From IMG/VR virus record IMGVR_UViG_3300028394_002011: 64,000 bases of DNA. One strand, given 5' to 3'. Of the stretch, positions 52,561 to 64,000 are shown in pieces. Both the position numbers and the translations under genes were made by a program. The stretch is from a virus. Below the pieces are notes generated by a model. The model saw only the letters and a program-made list of their open reading frames with translations, was not told the origin of the DNA and did not search any database. Each line of letters begins with the position of its first letter. Positions within the stretch are counted from its first letter, which is position 1.

Positions 52561-55500
52561 TTATGAATACCAGATACCTGGGGTTGCTTTTAAAAATTCA
52601 GTTATAGCACCTGAATCGTATTGTATATTTAACTTGCTGTCCCAATCTGTACCCATTCTCTTAACAACAGTTACTTTGACACCTATATCAACAGGAGTCG
52701 TTAGTCGAACAGCCGCAGAAATACCGTCCACAGTGAATTCAGCAGCCATTAGTTGATCAAAATCACTAGGATTTAGTGATGCCACTGAACTTTGCAATTC
52801 GTGGTGTACTATATAAGGCGTTTTCTTTAATCGAGTATTTCCAACAAATAACTTCCAATAACCCAAATCGTAATCTTGTTTAAAATTTGTTTTGCTAGTA
52901 TGAGCAACCGTTGCCTGATATGTATAGCTACCTGAAATAACGATTGCGCCAACTGTATAAGCTACATTGGAAGTCCAAACAGTATCAATATTATAACCCC
53001 CAATAAACACTTCTATTTCATCACACTGTCCATAAGATGTAGATATTGCTGTGCCTGTACCTGTTGACAAGTTAACTATAGTCACTGTATTACCAACTGC
53101 ATATAAGACTCCTGTTGTGTTGGCAACTTTATTCCAATCTGTTGTTCCCAAAGTAACAATTTTATACTGGCGTCCTATTGTAAAATTAACGGTTGTTTCT
53201 ACTACTTTTGTAGGAACAAAATTTAAGTTGATAACAGACGAGCCGTCAGATTCTATTTGCTGTATTACAGAAGACTCAGTATAAGGCAATGTTTCTGACG
53301 GGCCAATATCTTGTACTAAAGTTCCAGTTTTGTGCAGTGTTGGTACACCAGTACCTAATGTGCCGCGGCGTAGCTTACTTAATGTATTTCCTGTTAGACC
53401 AAAGTATTCTATACGCTCGCCCTTAATCTCAATAATACCTGGACGATTAATAGCAGGATTTGGTGCATCAAAATTACTTGCATCGTCGACTACTATGCTA
53501 GTATCATTAAATTTTAAAGGTTGTATTAATCGTGTTTGTTTATTTCTACTTAAACGTTTGTAATGCACACGATTTAACATGTCTTTAAATTGCATATAAG
53601 ATATAGTTGATCCTAAAACATTATTACCAAATGTAATCAATGTGAATACATCACTAATCGCAGGTGTAGTTGCAAGTTGAATACTCTGTTTGTTATCATT
53701 CAATTTGTAGTCTACTGAAGGTACTAGTAGTGTATTATTCTTTATAACCCATATGTATTCATCAGAAATTACAGTTCTGTCAAGTGCAATCAATCCAGAT
53801 AACGCTTCTTTATAAGTGTAGTACTCTGTTGAATTTTGAGTTATTGATAAATTAGTACTGATTGTAATTGCAGTTCTCTGTATGTCTAGTATATCATGAT
53901 TATAAGAACTAATGACTTCAACTACATCAGAATTAGTATACGATTCTGAAAATACAACTGTATTATTAGTCGGGTTGTATACATAGCCTTGCGAGCTGTT
54001 TACTGTTACAATCAATGTTTGATTAACATAAGTTGCATAAGTTATTTTGTTTATTTTAATTGTTAGGCCGCCTGGATCTACAGTGTAGTCAGTTCCTAAC
54101 TTCAGTACTGTTGTTCCAACAATAACTAAAATATTTGTAATAGGAGTAGAATACGGAACTATCTTTGTTGGGTCAATTTTATAAGATAATTTATTATTTT
54201 TTATTGTAAAATAACTGCTGATAGGTGAAGGTAAAATATTTTGATTTACTCTAACAATCATGTTTGCTTCAGCAGGTAAATTATTTCCCACTGGGAATGC
54301 CAGTGTATAAGTGTTTGTTCCTGTAGTAACAATTTTTTCTTTTTTAGTTATTGCAAATGTTTTTTGGTTGCCTGAAACAATAACATAATTTATCAATGCA
54401 TTATTAGTAGGTGCTGATTCAAATCGTAGAGCAACACGATTTGCAGTTTCATAACTTGCATCTGTTTGGAATAAGTCTGGTGTTGCAACAACACCATCTA
54501 TATAAACAATGCTAGTCACTGCCGATAACCAAGGAGCTTTAGTAATAAATTCACTTGTTGTTCCATCTGCAATAAAGTAATCAATATCTAAGATATTATT
54601 GCCGTTAAATCCTATGTTATAAATGCTTATTATTTCTCCAATCGAAGGAGCTGATATTAATGATATTTTTCTATTTCTATAATCAATTATGTATTGATCT
54701 GAATTTAAAATAATGTTGGATTTCTTAACAACAATTGATTCTGCGCTGTTAGGCGTTTGTGACATTTTGAACGTTGTTGTTAATCCATCTCCAATAAAAT
54801 TATCAACTTTAATATTAGCGGCTCCAGAATTTGGTTGATCGTATACTTTGATAGCAACCGCATCAACAACTTGACCTGGCACCACTTCTTCAGGAGCAGG
54901 GCTACTAGTTGGGGTTACAAATCCATCGCCGTCGATTAAAATATCGTCTGCATTTAGTCCTGATGCGGTGGCGTAATTCATATCGCCACCGGTAACCAAT
55001 GAATCGTAATCAATATCTTGGGGAACAATTGATCCGTCACTGGTACTCTTTCGAAGTATAAATTTATCGCCAGCTGATACTGTAAAAGTATTAGGGATAG
55101 TTATAACATTTGAATTGCCGTTACCTATAAACGTAGATATAACTGCGTTAGCATTAGTTTGTTGAGGTGTTCCAAAATTTTCATCATCTAATTTAATACT
55201 TGGTAGTGTACTAGCAATATTGATAACACTTCCAGAAATTAATGAAGATGTTAAGTTTACAAATCCATTAGAAATAATTATGTCAGTATATTTGCTTAAC
55301 GGTCTAGTAAACACAATAGTCGATGCTGTCGGAACTGTAACATAGATTATTTGATTTAACAAAATTTCTGTACTATTTAGAATTGTTTTAATTACAGTAT
55401 CAACGCCAAAAGATGGTGCAGAAGATGTAGATACTTTATCACCGACTTTTAATCCAATTGTACTGCTTAACGATAGTGTGGTAGATCCTGCAACACTCTT

Positions 55501-58500
55501 AGTAAAATACAAAGTACCGTTAGGTTGTATATTTGGTGAAGCACTTAATGTAACTGTGTTATATGTAGGATTAGTTAACAATACAATTTGTTTTGAAGTA
55601 AAACCTACACCTAGTACAGACATCCCTGGCAATATTCCAGTGACACTTGCTACTTTTATAATAACTGAAGTTGGATCATAAGTTCCTACTGGAATGTAAT
55701 TTGTTGATGTGCCGCCGGCTGTTGTATTTCTTACCAGCGTTGCTGTAGGATTTGTTCCAATGTAAGTATATGGATAAACTAATGTATCAGTCACTACTGG
55801 TATTGTAGTTAAATTTAAACCTACATAATATGTATTAATCTTAGTTCCTGCTGACGGAGTATATGGCAATGTAAAAGAATGGGTATTGGCTGCTACTGTT
55901 AGTATGTAGTCATCAAATAACGGATCAAAACTATCCCACTTGTCTGTAAACCAAGGTGTTGTTCCCCAACCGGCACTGATGTCAAATCCAAGTCCTTGTA
56001 TTATTACTCCACCGTAATCTACTCCAGTCATTAATTGCGATAAATCATTACCAATATCGCCGTCTTGTGGGTTGTAGTAATGATGTATTCTATCGGCGGC
56101 ACTTAACAAAGATTGGTTCTTTAGATAAACAATTTTAATTACTTGTCCAGTTTTTGGTTGCGTGCCTGGAGCAAATGTTATCAATCCTGAATATCTGGTA
56201 TAATCAGTTTTTGTTATAACGGTTGTTAATTTATAATTTTCTCGCAATACTGGAATATCATTAATTGTAACTGTCGATGAACCAATAATAGCATCTGGTG
56301 CATAAGTTAGTTTATACTGTAAATTTCCAGTAGTATTAATAAACTCAGTTTCTTCTAAATTAACAAAGAAATAAGAATTTGATATTCTATCAAACTTTAT
56401 TTTAATTAAACCAGATCTAATAACACCGTGATGCTCCGAAGACGATACACTATTTCCAATAATTGCAACTGCACGGGCCGCAACTCCAGTTGGTGACAAT
56501 CCACCTATAAGTGAAACAGTTGGTGCTGATAAGTATCCGGTACCGTGTGTAAGTAGGATGATTCGATTAATCACTCCGTTTGTAAAAAATGCCCTAGCAG
56601 TTGCGCCACTTCCAGAATCATTTGTAATTTTTACAACAGGTTCTCCGATATAACCAGACCCCCCGTTAATAATTTTTATATCTGTTACAATAAATCCAAC
56701 ATTATCTAACCAGTTTTTCCAAGGATATTGTCTAATAGTAGCATCGTCTGCTGTTATAGATCCCCGAGTTGCATTTGTAGCAATTGTTGTTATTGCATTA
56801 TTTCTATATATAGGCGGTAAGTCAAAATCTGAAACCATAGTAGGAGTCGAGTCTACTAACTGGTAACTACTAACATATTCTCTAATTTTAGATTTAAACG
56901 GTTTTACCTCGTTTATATAATCTTGGAAGTTTGATAAATTATCGTTGTTGTACGTCACTGGAGTCGATAGTTTTCCGACATTGTGTCGTGCTTTAATGAA
57001 ACTTGTTTTAAATATCCAATCTAAATAAACTTGCTCACTTAATGCATATCTTACTGTTGTAAAAAATAAATTTAAATATTTTGTTTTTAAATCATCAATA
57101 AAAATATCATTCTTTAAAGATTCTAAAATAATTCTAAGTTCTAAATTAGGGCTATTATCAAATGCTATCCCATCATACGTTGTTCCATCATACCCGGTAC
57201 TAACAGTTGACGATTGATACAATGCGGAATTTAGTTGTATCGTTCCGTTTTCTAAACCAATCACTTTGTACATTTGTGTATAATCAAACGACTCTACGTT
57301 GGATATTTTTTCTAATAATGACCAACCTGTAGTAGTTGTTCGAACTTTAATAATTTGTCCAACATCATCATTTAGTGTTTTCAAATCTGAAACCATATCT
57401 ACTGCATGATCAATTGCAGTAAATTGACTATAACCAGACGCAAACCAATCAATTTTTTTCCAGTATGCAGTTACGTCATAAGATTGAGATTTTGTTCGAG
57501 ACCAAAGTTTTCCATCTGGATCATATGAGTATATACTCCAGACTCCGCGAGCTCCGGAATCGTTTGTTACCAATACAGAATAATCTCGGACAGTTGCAAC
57601 GGTGTTGTCATCGTATCCTTCTCCTGGGTTTATAATAGTCACTCCAACGATTTGTCCTGTACCGTTACTACTTAATATAGCTCTAACTATTGCCCCTTCA
57701 CCGCTGCCTGATATTGAAATATACGGAGCAACTAAGTATCCTCGACCAGTATACGAAATATTAACGTCTATTATTTTACCATCAATAATAGTACAACTGT
57801 CTATCACTGGTCTTCTAAAAGCTCCAACGTTTACAAATCGTAGCTCGTCTGAAGTTGCTTGAGTAGTATCATATAATCCGGATACTAGGTTAGGTGCAGA
57901 TTCTTTTACGTCAATATTAGCAATATTTCGACTATCAACAGTTGGATTCTCTAATAGCACAGCGTTAGTTTCTTCAACTAGCTGTTTTAATGCTTCAAAT
58001 CGATTGATAAACATACCTTGTCTAGGACGATTTTCTACGCCGTAGCGAAGTTTTTCTGCTAGAGAAAGATCTGGCACATCTCTACCCATGGCATCTTTGC
58101 CGCATAAACTGTCAAACCATTTTTGTTCAAGATGTGCAGGGAGTATTGTACCAGAATCATTATTAATAATTTTCCACTGACTATGTATATTTTGAGATGT
58201 ATTATTTACAGTCCAGTATTCTACTGATAGAACTATATTAGAATCTTGTAAATATTCTGCGGCATTTACTAAACTAAATGAGTTTGTGCCAGTCAATGCA
58301 AGATACGTGTAAGCAGAACCTCGAGGGTTTTCAATTAAACTTGCAATATCGCTAGCCGATAAATTTCTACTAGGCATATTAGGAATAGTTTTTTTATTTT
58401 TTACCCAATAGTAATATGTATATTTCTTTGTTTGAGATCCAGTGTCAAATCTTTCTTTTATAGAATAAACATTATTTCCATATAAACTCTTACCGCTGAT

Positions 58501-61500
58501 ACCATTAGCAATCCCAGCTTCGGTATCGGCCTGAGTATCCCATGCTGCCGGTAATAATGTACTTTCAACCCATTCATACAAATCAACCGTTGCACCAACT
58601 GCTAATGAATTCCATACGCTGTTTCTATAAACCACAGAATTATCGTAAGCATCAATTAATTTAGTAGTTCTTAAATCCCACCAAATATAACCAACTTGTG
58701 ATTTACCCCATGGTGCGCCTGAATCAACTGTTACATCATCGCTGGCATTACTAATAGAGTATGTGGCAGGATCATAGTAGCATGAATATTTGATTTCTTC
58801 TCGAGCTGGGCCTGCAATTTTACCCTGGGCTAAATCAATAATGTCTATATATTTTACTAGTTCGCCGGTAGCTTTGTTATATAAAAATGCAGATTTTATT
58901 TTAGAAGGATCAGGTACAGTTATTTGCTGATGTTTAATTGTCCAGCTAAAGGCATTTTCTTTTTTCTCATAATCAATAACTATACCTGATTGTAAATTTT
59001 GATCGAATTCAAAAGGCGCTGTTACAATAATATGATTGTTACCGGTAGCAATACCTTGGCCAAATCCTGCGGCGGCTGTTTGTAAATTTTCTAAAGTTTC
59101 ACTATAAATCCATTTTGTTTCATACATGTCGTATACATCAATACGACCAGATTCGACAGCCAGTTGCGATATATTAGTAGAATCTTTATCAAAAATTGTT
59201 TCGTATTCGTCAAAGATAGTTTTTAGAATAGTATCTTCGTCGGAACTATAAACAACCAGTGTTTTATAATCATTGATGAACGCAACTTTACTTCCAAAAT
59301 AACCAGAATTTTCTGATTTGTGATTTTTTAATGTTTGATATGGCACAAATGCAGATTCTGTAAATTTATAAACATTTACTGTTCCTGCATTGGGCTTTTC
59401 GTTATTTGCTAAACTATCAGAAATTACTAGATAGTCTGCATTATCAGAAATATCAACACTCTTTCCAAAATTTAAATTAGTGCCTGTTATAGTCTGAGAC
59501 AATACTCCTGACCTATAAATTTTAACTTGCCCAGATAACGAATCGTTATTGGCGGTAACTACTAACGCACTATCATCGTCTGTTGCTACTATGCCTGAAC
59601 CAAAATGTCGATTTGCAACATCTCCAGATAAAGTTGCTGATAGATTAAATCCCCAACCCACAGTTGAAAACTTAATTAGTCCTATGGGTGTTATATCTGG
59701 TTGTTGTGAAATTGTCAGTGTTGTTGAATCTATTACAGAGGATACAATTTGTCCAGATGTGAATCCAACACCAGTAATTAACATGCCAGGCAATATTCCT
59801 AGTGTAGAAGTAACTTTTAATGTAGTACTTAAACTGCCAACAGGATTATAATATGTAGTTGCTTGAACATCTACTGAATGTTCTAATTTATAAACACGAC
59901 CAGCATTACTGTTATAGCCAACTGCTGAAATATATAATATGTCATTAGCAAATGCCAGTTGTGATCCAAATTTTTCATTATTGGTTGGAAACGGGCTTAC
60001 AATTGTGTCAACAAGTGTAAAAATATTATTAGCATCTTTGCTATAAAGGCTAATAACACCTTGCTCTGTTAAATTGCTAGATGTTCCGCTGAGTATTGTA
60101 GAAACATATTTTATTTTTTTCCAAGATGACACATTAGGTATTAGTCCTGCAACACCATCTGTACGTGACATTGTACTATTGGTATTATTTTGTAGTGCTT
60201 GATAAAATCCAGTATATGCGCCGCTGTTGCCTAGGTATACAATATCATCTGTAACATATGCAGTATTAGTATTAAAATCGCCTTTTAATTTTGTGTATGC
60301 ATTGCTTGCTAGCGGACTTCCTGTAGCTAACCATTTTCCGTCAAACGATAATGCAACTACTGTTGCTAGTTTAGATACATTGGGTGAATAGCTGACAAAC
60401 GGTTTAGTAACAAGTTGTCTTTGTATCCACTGCGCATTATATCCAGATTTATCCCATATCTCTGTGTCGCCAGAGTTAGAACCAATTGCAATAATTTTTC
60501 CTAGTTTGGTACAAGAGATAGTTTTTCCATAATTTGCACCATCAACAGGAGTAGAGTTTGGAATAAGTTTTCTGCTGTATACTGGAGAATATTCCCACAC
60601 GGCCCATTTATTATTACTATCAGAATCAATCCACAACTTGTCGCCTGTAATCAGTGGCGGACGTGTTCGGCTGTCAACCAAATCCATTGCCGCAGATCGT
60701 TGACTAACAAATTTAAAAATTACTACACGTTGAGATTGAGTAAATGGCGGGGCCCAAGTTGGGATTGTTGCAGAAACTGTAAATGTATTCAGCGATACTG
60801 CAATAATTTTATAAAATCCTTTTATTAAATCAACTTGATCTATGCCAATGTAAGAACCAACTGTAAAATCTACTAGTTCACTCAATGTAATGGTTAAAGT
60901 TTTTGCACTGCTACTATAATCTACATTAGTAACTGTAACATTGGAGTCAATATATTTGTACACATTCCAACCAATGCCTTCAAACGTACATGCTACAAAT
61001 GCATTTGGTTGAAACAATGCAGGGTCCGTTTTTGTTGACACAATGTCCTCAAGCGACATTACAGTAGTAAACACTTCATCAGATCTAAAATAACCCGCGC
61101 TTCTTAAATAAGGACGATATTCTGTTAACACCGGCCATGGATTAGATGTATATCCAACTGGTTTTAAATATACTTGATTTGAATTGTATGTGATTATGAA
61201 ATCGTTTGGATCGTCAAAATTTTCTGATAAGTAAAACCCTTGCGGATTACTTCTCATTTTTGATTCTTCTAATACAAATTCTATCGACTCAAATGCTTCG
61301 CTGGCGCCGTACTGACCAGTTCTAATTGCCCACTCTTCATAAAATGTTAAACTTTCTTCACCAAGTGCAGATTTCACATCAAACAATTTGTTTAAACTGT
61401 TTTGTGTTCCTTTTTCGCGAATCATTCCTTGATAAAACTTAAACTCACTTACATCATCTTTGATAATGTTTGTAAGATATTGTCTTTTTTGATAGCCAAT

Positions 61501-63999
61501 TAAGTGCTGAGCCAGTTGTTGTTGTGCAGTGTCAAAATTATCACTATCTAAACTATAAAAGTCAGTAAACTGTTCTGCCTTATATGTCCAGTTTGGTAAT
61601 AGTTGCGTTACTGGTTTTTTGTCTAGCAATATCCAATCTTCATTAACAAAAGAAACTGCTCCTGGTAAAAATCTGCTTGCAGTATAGTAGAATTGCTTGT
61701 ATTTTACAATATCGCCAAGGTCGTAATCTTCCCACGGAGTCCAATTTTGTATCTTGGCAACATCGAGAATAAATCCAGGAATATCTAATCCACCATACCA
61801 GTCGGTGCTAACATATCCTGCAATTTTAATCCTATCTTGTTTATAACCAGTTTCTGGTTTGAAAATTGTATCATTAAATATAGTAATATTGTTTAACAAA
61901 ACAACATGTTCTTGCTGTATTAAATAAAATGTTGCGCCATAGATACCGTCTTCACCACGCGGACTGTAACTAACTGCGTTATCTTCTCTATAAGAATTGA
62001 TAAAAGTAGGTTCAAGAGGTGTGCCATCAACTTTAAAAATTTCGTATCCGTTGAATGGATTTCGGATGTCATCTATTACGCTTAATTCTGTTTTGAATGT
62101 TAATTTTGCGGCGGCTGGACTTAAACTTATTGCTGAGCTGCCGTTATTGTTAAGTCCGTCTAACTTTGTAAAATCGGTTTCTAAAAATACTGAAGCAGTT
62201 GAATTTTTGTTAGCTTTAAAATAATCACCGTTATAACGAACTATATCGCCATACGTTATACGCATACCGGGTGTCCACTCTACCCACTTATCTTGTCCAG
62301 TACTCCAATTTTGTGTTGTCCAGAATAAAAATTCTTTAGCACTAGTTTCCCAGTTAGTAACTGCTTTGAGTACTGGATTAAATTCGTCAAATATAAATCC
62401 TTCATCTTTTAACCACTCTCCGTATCCTAGCAAGAAATCAACAACTTCTTGTATCTTTTCAAATTTAGTGCCGTATGGGATTGTGTTAATAATAGATTTA
62501 TCCCACGATTTTCTTATCACTGCATCACGGCCGCCAATGATTGGTAAACGTGGAAGTGCTTCGTAATAAGAATTACTAAAAGTACCCGAAGTAGTGTGCA
62601 TTACTACTGATCTAAAATATTGATTATTATATTTGACAACTTGGCCCAAGCCGTAATGTTCGTTGGCTGTCCATGCAACAAAATTTTCAGATATTCCGCC
62701 AATGTTTATAGTAACTCCAGACTGCTGATATTGGTAGTATTTAAAATAAGGAGTGCTCTTACTATATCCTTTAATTTCATAACCGTCAGGTAATTTACTA
62801 ACAATTACTCCGCTGTAGGTTAATTTCTTTATTGGAGAAGACGAATTTAAAATCACCGTATAGTCTTCAGGCGGAACAAACACACTACTCGTTGACAACG
62901 GAGATTTAGAGTCTAGCAATAGTTTAAATTTTTCTTTTGATGTAAATGCACCCACTCTATGACTTAATTTTGTATTAAGATAGGTCAAATCATAAGCATA
63001 CGTATCGTAAGATTTTAAATTATCACTTAGGATATAATTTATAATATAGTTAATAATACCCGATGTTTGTACACGTTCGGCGCTAGAATAGATACTTGGA
63101 AATTTAATATCTTCTGATTTAATTCGTAAACCAGTTTCATTATAAACTAATTGCCCGCAGAGATTTCTTGTTATTCTAGATCTGTCTAATAATTTTCCAA
63201 AAGTATCGGAAGGTTTTAATAAAATTGCTGTTAATATAACACTAAACGCATAATGACTACTTCTTCTCCAAGCAGTTTCAACAGGACTGCCATCGCCAAA
63301 TACAAAATCTGTTTGAGAATGGGCTGTTATTGTTCCAGAAATAAATCCAGATACCAACGGATTAACCAAGTTACCGGTAGAATCTACAGGTAAATGTTTT
63401 AATAGAAATGGTTTAATATAATTTTTTACTTGCACTGCTGGTGCATCTGGGTTACGTATAAATCCTTCAGATATGTCCTTCCACATCACAAGATTATCGC
63501 TAGTATACGGTGCTGGGCCGTATAATGTTTGCCACCAACTTGGTTCAATACTAAATCCTAACATTTCCCATGGGCAAATATTTGGGCGATCAGTGTCATA
63601 GATCCACTGATAAATTCTGCGCCAGTATCCCGGAGTTTCTTGACCGTCGGGGGTACTAAATGAATTATACTTAAAAGTAAAAGGATTATTTCTATCAAAA
63701 CTTAACGGTTTTGTAAAATCTCTATCAACTAATGACGCCCATTGGTAGAATGAAGGAGCTAATACTTGATCAAATTCTTTTCTGGAATAATCTCCAGGTC
63801 TATTATAACTAGGTATTAGTTCTGCAACATCAAAAATTTCTGTATTGTATTCTACTTTAATATTATTAAAAATTCTTTTTTCTAATTCAAGGATAATTGC
63901 ATCTCGATAGTCGGCAACGCCGTTTATACCGTAAGTACCATATGCAAGTACGTGACTACCGTCGTGGCCTTGTATCATCCAACGCGGAGTAACCAATGT
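52561..63999 (-). CDS. giant (>3811 aa) baseplate wedge-like structural protein, 5' end outside window
   Basis: Uninterrupted frame to the window edge; GxGY repeats, FG-GAP-like propeller repeats, CBM5/12-like W...Y..GD.V.Y repeats. Confidence 0.8.
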   Translation of the reverse strand, partial: TLVTPRWMIQGHDGSHVLAYGTYGINGVADYRDAIILELEKRIFNNIKVEYNTEIFDVAELIPSYNRPGDYSRKEFDQVLAPSFYQWASLVDRDFTKPLSFDRNNPFTFKYNSFSTPDGQETPGYWRRIYQWIYDTDRPNICPWEMLGFSIEPSWWQTLYGPAPYTSDNLVMWKDISEGFIRNPDAPAVQVKNYIKPFLLKHLPVDSTGNLVNPLVSGFISGTITAHSQTDFVFGDGSPVETAWRRSSHYAFSVILTAILLKPSDTFGKLLDRSRITRNLCGQLVYNETGLRIKSEDIKFPSIYSSAERVQTSGIINYIINYILSDNLKSYDTYAYDLTYLNTKLSHRVGAFTSKEKFKLLLDSKSPLSTSSVFVPPEDYTVILNSSSPIKKLTYSGVIVSKLPDGYEIKGYSKSTPYFKYYQYQQSGVTINIGGISENFVAWTANEHYGLGQVVKYNNQYFRSVVMHTTSGTFSNSYYEALPRLPIIGGRDAVIRKSWDKSIINTIPYGTKFEKIQEVVDFLLGYGEWLKDEGFIFDEFNPVLKAVTNWETSAKEFLFWTTQNWSTGQDKWVEWTPGMRITYGDIVRYNGDYFKANKNSTASVFLETDFTKLDGLNNNGSSAISLSPAAAKLTFKTELSVIDDIRNPFNGYEIFKVDGTPLEPTFINSYREDNAVSYSPRGEDGIYGATFYLIQQEHVVLLNNITIFNDTIFKPETGYKQDRIKIAGYVSTDWYGGLDIPGFILDVAKIQNWTPWEDYDLGDIVKYKQFYYTASRFLPGAVSFVNEDWILLDKKPVTQLLPNWTYKAEQFTDFYSLDSDNFDTAQQQLAQHLIGYQKRQYLTNIIKDDVSEFKFYQGMIREKGTQNSLNKLFDVKSALGEESLTFYEEWAIRTGQYGASEAFESIEFVLEESKMRSNPQGFYLSENFDDPNDFIITYNSNQVYLKPVGYTSNPWPVLTEYRPYLRSAGYFRSDEVFTTVMSLEDIVSTKTDPALFQPNAFVACTFEGIGWNVYKYIDSNVTVTNVDYSSSAKTLTITLSELVDFTVGSYIGIDQVDLIKGFYKIIAVSLNTFTVSATIPTWAPPFTQSQRVVIFKFVSQRSAAMDLVDSRTRPPLITGDKLWIDSDSNNKWAVWEYSPVYSRKLIPNSTPVDGANYGKTISCTKLGKIIAIGSNSGDTEIWDKSGYNAQWIQRQLVTKPFVSYSPNVSKLATVVALSFDGKWLATGSPLASNAYTKLKGDFNTNTAYVTDDIVYLGNSGAYTGFYQALQNNTNSTMSRTDGVAGLIPNVSSWKKIKYVSTILSGTSSNLTEQGVISLYSKDANNIFTLVDTIVSPFPTNNEKFGSQLAFANDILYISAVGYNSNAGRVYKLEHSVDVQATTYYNPVGSLSTTLKVTSTLGILPGMLITGVGFTSGQIVSSVIDSTTLTISQQPDITPIGLIKFSTVGWGFNLSATLSGDVANRHFGSGIVATDDDSALVVTANNDSLSGQVKIYRSGVLSQTITGTNLNFGKSVDISDNADYLVISDSLANNEKPNAGTVNVYKFTESAFVPYQTLKNHKSENSGYFGSKVAFINDYKTLVVYSSDEDTILKTIFDEYETIFDKDSTNISQLAVESGRIDVYDMYETKWIYSETLENLQTAAAGFGQGIATGNNHIIVTAPFEFDQNLQSGIVIDYEKKENAFSWTIKHQQITVPDPSKIKSAFLYNKATGELVKYIDIIDLAQGKIAGPAREEIKYSCYYDPATYSISNASDDVTVDSGAPWGKSQVGYIWWDLRTTKLIDAYDNSVVYRNSVWNSLAVGATVDLYEWVESTLLPAAWDTQADTEAGIANGISGKSLYGNNVYSIKERFDTGSQTKKYTYYYWVKNKKTIPNMPSRNLSASDIASLIENPRGSAYTYLALTGTNSFSLVNAAEYLQDSNIVLSVEYWTVNNTSQNIHSQWKIINNDSGTILPAHLEQKWFDSLCGKDAMGRDVPDLSLAEKLRYGVENRPRQGMFINRFEALKQLVEETNAVLLENPTVDSRNIANIDVKESAPNLVSGLYDTTQATSDELRFVNVGAFRRPVIDSCTIIDGKIIDVNISYTGRGYLVAPYISISGSGEGAIVRAILSSNGTGQIVGVTIINPGEGYDDNTVATVRDYSVLVTNDSGARGVWSIYSYDPDGKLWSRTKSQSYDVTAYWKKIDWFASGYSQFTAIDHAVDMVSDLKTLNDDVGQIIKVRTTTTGWSLLEKISNVESFDYTQMYKVIGLENGTIQLNSALYQSSTVSTGYDGTTYDGIAFDNSPNLELRIILESLKNDIFIDDLKTKYLNLFFTTVRYALSEQVYLDWIFKTSFIKARHNVGKLSTPVTYNNDNLSNFQDYINEVKPFKSKIREYVSSYQLVDSTPTMVSDFDLPPIYRNNAITTIATNATRGSITADDATIRQYPWKNWLDNVGFIVTDIKIINGGSGYIGEPVVKITNDSGSGATARAFFTNGVINRIILLTHGTGYLSAPTVSLIGGLSPTGVAARAVAIIGNSVSSSEHHGVIRSGLIKIKFDRISNSYFFVNLEETEFINTTGNLQYKLTYAPDAIIGSSTVTINDIPVLRENYKLTTVITKTDYTRYSGLITFAPGTQPKTGQVIKIVYLKNQSLLSAADRIHHYYNPQDGDIGNDLSQLMTGVDYGGVIIQGLGFDISAGWGTTPWFTDKWDSFDPLFDDYILTVAANTHSFTLPYTPSAGTKINTYYVGLNLTTIPVVTDTLVYPYTYIGTNPTATLVRNTTAGGTSTNYIPVGTYDPTSVIIKVASVTGILPGMSVLGVGFTSKQIVLLTNPTYNTVTLSASPNIQPNGTLYFTKSVAGSTTLSLSSTIGLKVGDKVSTSSAPSFGVDTVIKTILNSTEILLNQIIYVTVPTASTIVFTRPLSKYTDIIISNGFVNLTSSLISGSVINIASTLPSIKLDDENFGTPQQTNANAVISTFIGNGNSNVITIPNTFTVSAGDKFILRKSTSDGSIVPQDIDYDSLVTGGDMNYATASGLNADDILIDGDGFVTPTSSPAPEEVVPGQVVDAVAIKVYDQPNSGAANIKVDNFIGDGLTTTFKMSQTPNSAESIVVKKSNIILNSDQYIIDYRNRKISLISAPSIGEIISIYNIGFNGNNILDIDYFIADGTTSEFITKAPWLSAVTSIVYIDGVVATPDLFQTDASYETANRVALRFESAPTNNALINYVIVSGNQKTFAITKKEKIVTTGTNTYTLAFPVGNNLPAEANMIVRVNQNILPSPISSYFTIKNNKLSYKIDPTKIVPYSTPITNILVIVGTTVLKLGTDYTVDPGGLTIKINKITYATYVNQTLIVTVNSSQGYVYNPTNNTVVFSESYTNSDVVEVISSYNHDILDIQRTAITISTNLSITQNSTEYYTYKEALSGLIALDRTVISDEYIWVIKNNTLLVPSVDYKLNDNKQSIQLATTPAISDVFTLITFGNNVLGSTISYMQFKDMLNRVHYKRLSRNKQTRLIQPLKFNDTSIVVDDASNFDAPNPAINRPGIIEIKGERIEYFGLTGNTLSKLRRGTLGTGVPTLHKTGTLVQDIGPSETLPYTESSVIQQIESDGSSVINLNFVPTKVVETTVNFTIGRQYKIVTLGTTDWNKVANTTGVLYAVGNTVTIVNLSTGTGTAISTSYGQCDEIEVFIGGYNIDTVWTSNVAYTVGAIVISGSYTYQATVAHTSKTNFKQDYDLGYWKLFVGNTRLKKTPYIVHHELQSSVASLNPSDFDQLMAAEFTVDGISAAVRLTTPVDIGVKVTVVKRMGTDWDSKLNIQYDSGAITEFLKATPGIWYS

Positions 64000-64000
64000 T

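Noticed and set aside
1-64000. Stop-codon reassignment, CRISPR array, DGR, tRNA genes
   Set aside because: Genes tile the window in the standard code. No spaced direct-repeat array, no reverse transcriptase or adenine-variant TR/VR pair, and no cloverleaf in the short intergenic gaps that I could see.

Overview
A 64-kb slice of an AT-rich, T4-related jumbo myophage genome read in the standard genetic code. Its gene set resembles the Rak2/Atu_ph07-type and uncultured freshwater jumbo phages. No tRNA, rRNA, CRISPR array, integrase or transposase was seen. Block 1 (1-13.4 kb, + strand): a ClpA-type AAA+ gene, then about 11 probable late genes. Many begin with an M-x-x-[RT]-[ED]-[LMIV] motif like the T4 capsid-targeting sequence and carry [ILV]-x-E protease sites, so they are probably internal head/ejection proteins. 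They include a ligase-fold protein, an HxGH nucleotidyltransferase and Dps. Block 2 (13.4-38.2 kb, + strand, sigma70-type promoters): dsbA, family-B DNA polymerase with a tandem-hairpin leader, UDP-glucose dehydrogenase, sliding clamp, RNase H, MoxR-vWA and thyX. It also holds a 7-deazaguanine DNA-modification locus (TGT/DpdA-like, DpdL/QueD-like, FolE, QueE) interleaved with two sugar oxidoreductases, a GT-B glycosyltransferase, a MutH/Sau3AI-like nuclease and a purine PRTase. Block 3 (38.2-64 kb, - strand): a >3800-aa baseplate protein, tail-fibre paralogues, a Calx-beta/DUF4214-like receptor-binding candidate and four glycosyltransferase-like genes. The top hypothesis (inference) is a sugar-decorated or otherwise non-canonical deazaguanine base in the phage DNA, paired with a nuclease that cuts unmodified DNA. 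Family assignments come from motif recognition by eye; no database search was run.
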